NCBI GenBank assembly: GCA_964188305.1
Contig: OZ076890.1
Source of the DNA: Podarcis bocagei
Taxonomy: Eukaryota
Reading direction: 5' to 3' (one strand)
DNA length: 64,000 bases
A program made the translations under genes and the position numbers. The notes beneath the pieces were generated by a model, which made no database searches, was not told the origin of the DNA, and worked only from the letters and a program-made list of their open reading frames with translations. Shown here one piece after another: positions 61,136-64,000 of the stretch (within the stretch, counting starts at the first letter, position 1; every line of letters begins with the position of its first letter).

Positions 61136-64000
61136 GAGCAATACAACACCCATTACTCTGGGCTGGGTGTTTGTTGGATCAGGTGGATCTAACCCTTCAC
61201 TCACCTGTCCCAACTGAGAGAGTCTTCCTTCAGCATCAGCGTCCCTCTTCTGCCCACCAAACATTGGGTTGGTAGGATGGGTACTAGCAGGAAGGTTCCC
61301 TATTTGGGTGTTTTGAATGTGGAGCTATCAACAATATCTGAAGTTTCCTGCTAGGAGGTTGTTGTTTTCTTCTTCAAAGGAATATAGTAACAGACTTAAG
61401 TGTGGGGTGCAAAACAGGACAAAAAGTTGGTTGTTGAAATGTACAGAGAAGAAGCTTTGTGCTGGCTTGGAAATGCACGATGAACTTGGAAGAAGGCTGG
61501 GATAAGTGTTTTGAATTAAATATAGGGTATAAATTAGAGAGAAGTTTATGGACTGTTGACTGCTGTAAATCGGATGCTTTCTGCTCAGAGACTCTTTTTG
61601 GCAGAAGTCCAAAAAGTCCCAGGAGGTATAACAGGTTAGACCAGGAAACTTAAGGTGGTATAGGGAGAAGCAGAAAACTCTACTGCTCTTGTGATTGGCC
61701 AGAGTTCAGCAGAGGAAGTAGATATAAAAGTGAAAGAAAGTTGTTGGGGAATTCAAGGGGGGAAAGTGCTAGAAGTCTGAAGAAGCCAGGACAGTGAGGG
61801 ATGCAGCGAAATTCAAAATTGCCTTATTGCTAGGTCTTTGTAACTAGTAGAGTCTCGGTATAGATGGGTAAATCTGGACTAGATTTAGATGGGTGGATTT
61901 TTCCATTTTATTTTCATATTTTACGATGTATCGCTATGTACAATTTTATGGGAGTAAAGCCCTACTGAATTCAGTAGGCCTAACTTCTGGACAGGCATTC
62001 ATAGAATTGTAGGGTTTATTGTTTTAAAATCTGCCCCCTATTACAAAAATCTCTTCCCCCCCCCCTTGTAACTATTTTATTAATACTTCCCAAAACCTTT
62101 AGCAAAATCTAAATCTTGCCAAACCCAGCATCAGAAAGGCAAGTGATTCTGGACATTTGCAAAGTACTCCCTCCTTGCAATTGACTGAATATTCCTAAGA
62201 TGCCTGGATTTCGGCTTGCAGTTAAGAGATGTTGCTTTCAGGCATGTTTGAGACCCAATACCTCTCAGTTTATGATTTAAGCACTGCAGAGGGTATGTTC
62301 ACATATCATGTCTGACCAGTATAGAAATATAGGTGATTTCCTTCTAAGTTGTGCATAACCATTGATTTATTTGTGAATGTTACAAGAATTCATCAGCAGG
62401 AGAGCTGAATTCTGCCACCTCAGGGAAGCTCGTCAAGGTCTTGATGAGATGTAAGCTTTTACTGCAAGGTTTCATTATGATACATGTTTGTGTAATAAAA
62501 TGCACATATAAAAATTGTCAATAGTATTGATCCAAATTCCCTCATTCTGCTCTTTATCAGTCACAGTGGAACAAATGGCATTCACTTTGACAACACTAGA
62601 AAACATGGAGTTGTAAAAAAACCCCTGCTTTCAAAGAAGCAGGATTTCCCCAGTCCAAAGAAATCACAGCCCCTAAAAGCTTGTCATCTGTCTAAAAACA
62701 AAATATCTAACCTGACATTAGGTTAGAGGTTAGGTTACTACACAGATGGATGCAAAGAGTGTTTTATCTTGATCCAATCAAAAATCCATTATGGGAAAAC
62801 CCATGCATTTAAAGGGTGTTAAGGCTCTGACACACACTGTGGAAAGCTTTTTTAAAACAAACAAGCAAACAAACAAACCTAAGAGGATTTCCAAAGTTAC
62901 ATGTATATCGGTGAATATCTTGGGTCGCTTCCAGACAACCTTTTTATTGAGCATTTATCCTGATTTATTTTCACAAAGCTTGCGTGGAGGTTATACGATG
63001 TCCTCTGTTTATTGGATATTCATTCTGGTTTGTTTGCTTAGTTTCACTTGTCAATAAATACATGAGATGTAATCCAAACTTAGTGAATCTGATGTGATTC
63101 ATATCTATTACAATGAAAGCATTATCAGTATATTTATTTGCAAAATTTATAGACCACTAAGCAATACAAATGCAACAAATAACACATATCAAAACAGTTT
63201 ACCAAAAGACATCTGATTTATTCCCCTTGAAATCAGTGAATTCTCAGAATCCATTTCTCAGAATAGTGGACCATTCATTACAAAGATGGGACACCATCAG
63301 GCCAAAGTTAAGTATTTCAATATGTGAGTTAGAGCACATGATTCACTTTGCCACTGAAATAAATATAAAACATAAATGCTTAACTCTGGCTGGATTGTAG
63401 CTCTAATATTTATCTAGTTAGATGTGAATTTCATTACAAACATTATTTAATTTAAACAAAACCTGCCTTAGGGAGTTAAGAAGTACACTGAAGACCCTGA
63501 TTTCATCTTAATGTTGAACCCATTAAAATGCTTTATATGTTGTGGCTGCTGGCAGAATACTATGGCCTCTGCACAGAGTGTGCATTCAGTTGCTGCACCG
63601 AATGCTTTCTCAATGATGCTGGATCAATGAAAGTTGTTAATTGGGTATAGGACACTAATTACTTATCAGGGCCATTTCTTCCAAAAACCATGTGTAAGCA
63701 TCAAACATTACCACCTTTTTCGCTATTGTCTGAATTCTTCTGATTTCTTGTGCATTATAAAAAACCAAGGAACTGTTCCTAAATGAATATTTAGGTCTTT
63801 TATGGTGCTCCAGTTTCACATGCCAAAATCTCTTTATGGAATTGTAATTTGCAAACCATTTTCCAATGAAATATTGTTGATCAGTCCCATAATATTTTAG
63901 GGCAATGCTCCACATAGAAACTAATGGATTGCACAATTCAGCTAATTTTATTGCCAGCAGCAGTTAGCATATTCCAACCACATAGGGTGTTCAGTAACTT

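Noticed and set aside
1-64000. CRISPR arrays, operons or other prokaryotic systems
   Set aside because: Sequence is vertebrate; no repeat-spacer arrays or bacterial gene organisation seen.

Overview
Vertebrate genomic DNA, AT-rich and CpG-depleted, with no confidently identifiable host protein-coding exon, so probably a large intron or gene desert. The repeat content points to a squamate, most likely a lacertid lizard: a Sauria SINE, tRNA-derived SINEs, CR1/L2/RTE LINE ends, hAT and Tc1/mariner MITEs, and Penelope-like fragments. The main feature is a decayed ~4.85-kb tyrosine-recombinase (YR) retrotransposon of Ngaro/DIRS type on the minus strand (40559-45407). It encodes gag with a Zn-knuckle, RT, RNase H, YR and an extra SGNH hydrolase ORF. 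Three things about it stand out: (i) it is bounded by LTR-like TG..CA imperfect inverted termini with an adjacent polypurine tract and a polyA signal, and I see no split direct repeats; (ii) the SGNH frame has no ATG upstream of its catalytic Ser motif but begins at a strong splice acceptor, suggesting env-like spliced expression; (iii) its leader carries a hammerhead-bearing Penelope fragment and a permuted tRNA-Ile SINE. The window holds three minimal hammerhead ribozyme motifs in Penelope-like fragments, one in the loop of a perfect 54-bp hairpin. It also has a four-fold nested transposon stack in an L2 tail (35.2-36.6 kb), a candidate 132-nt frame-preserving exon, and several candidate conserved non-coding elements. 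Family names come from recognition of motifs and structure, not from database searches.
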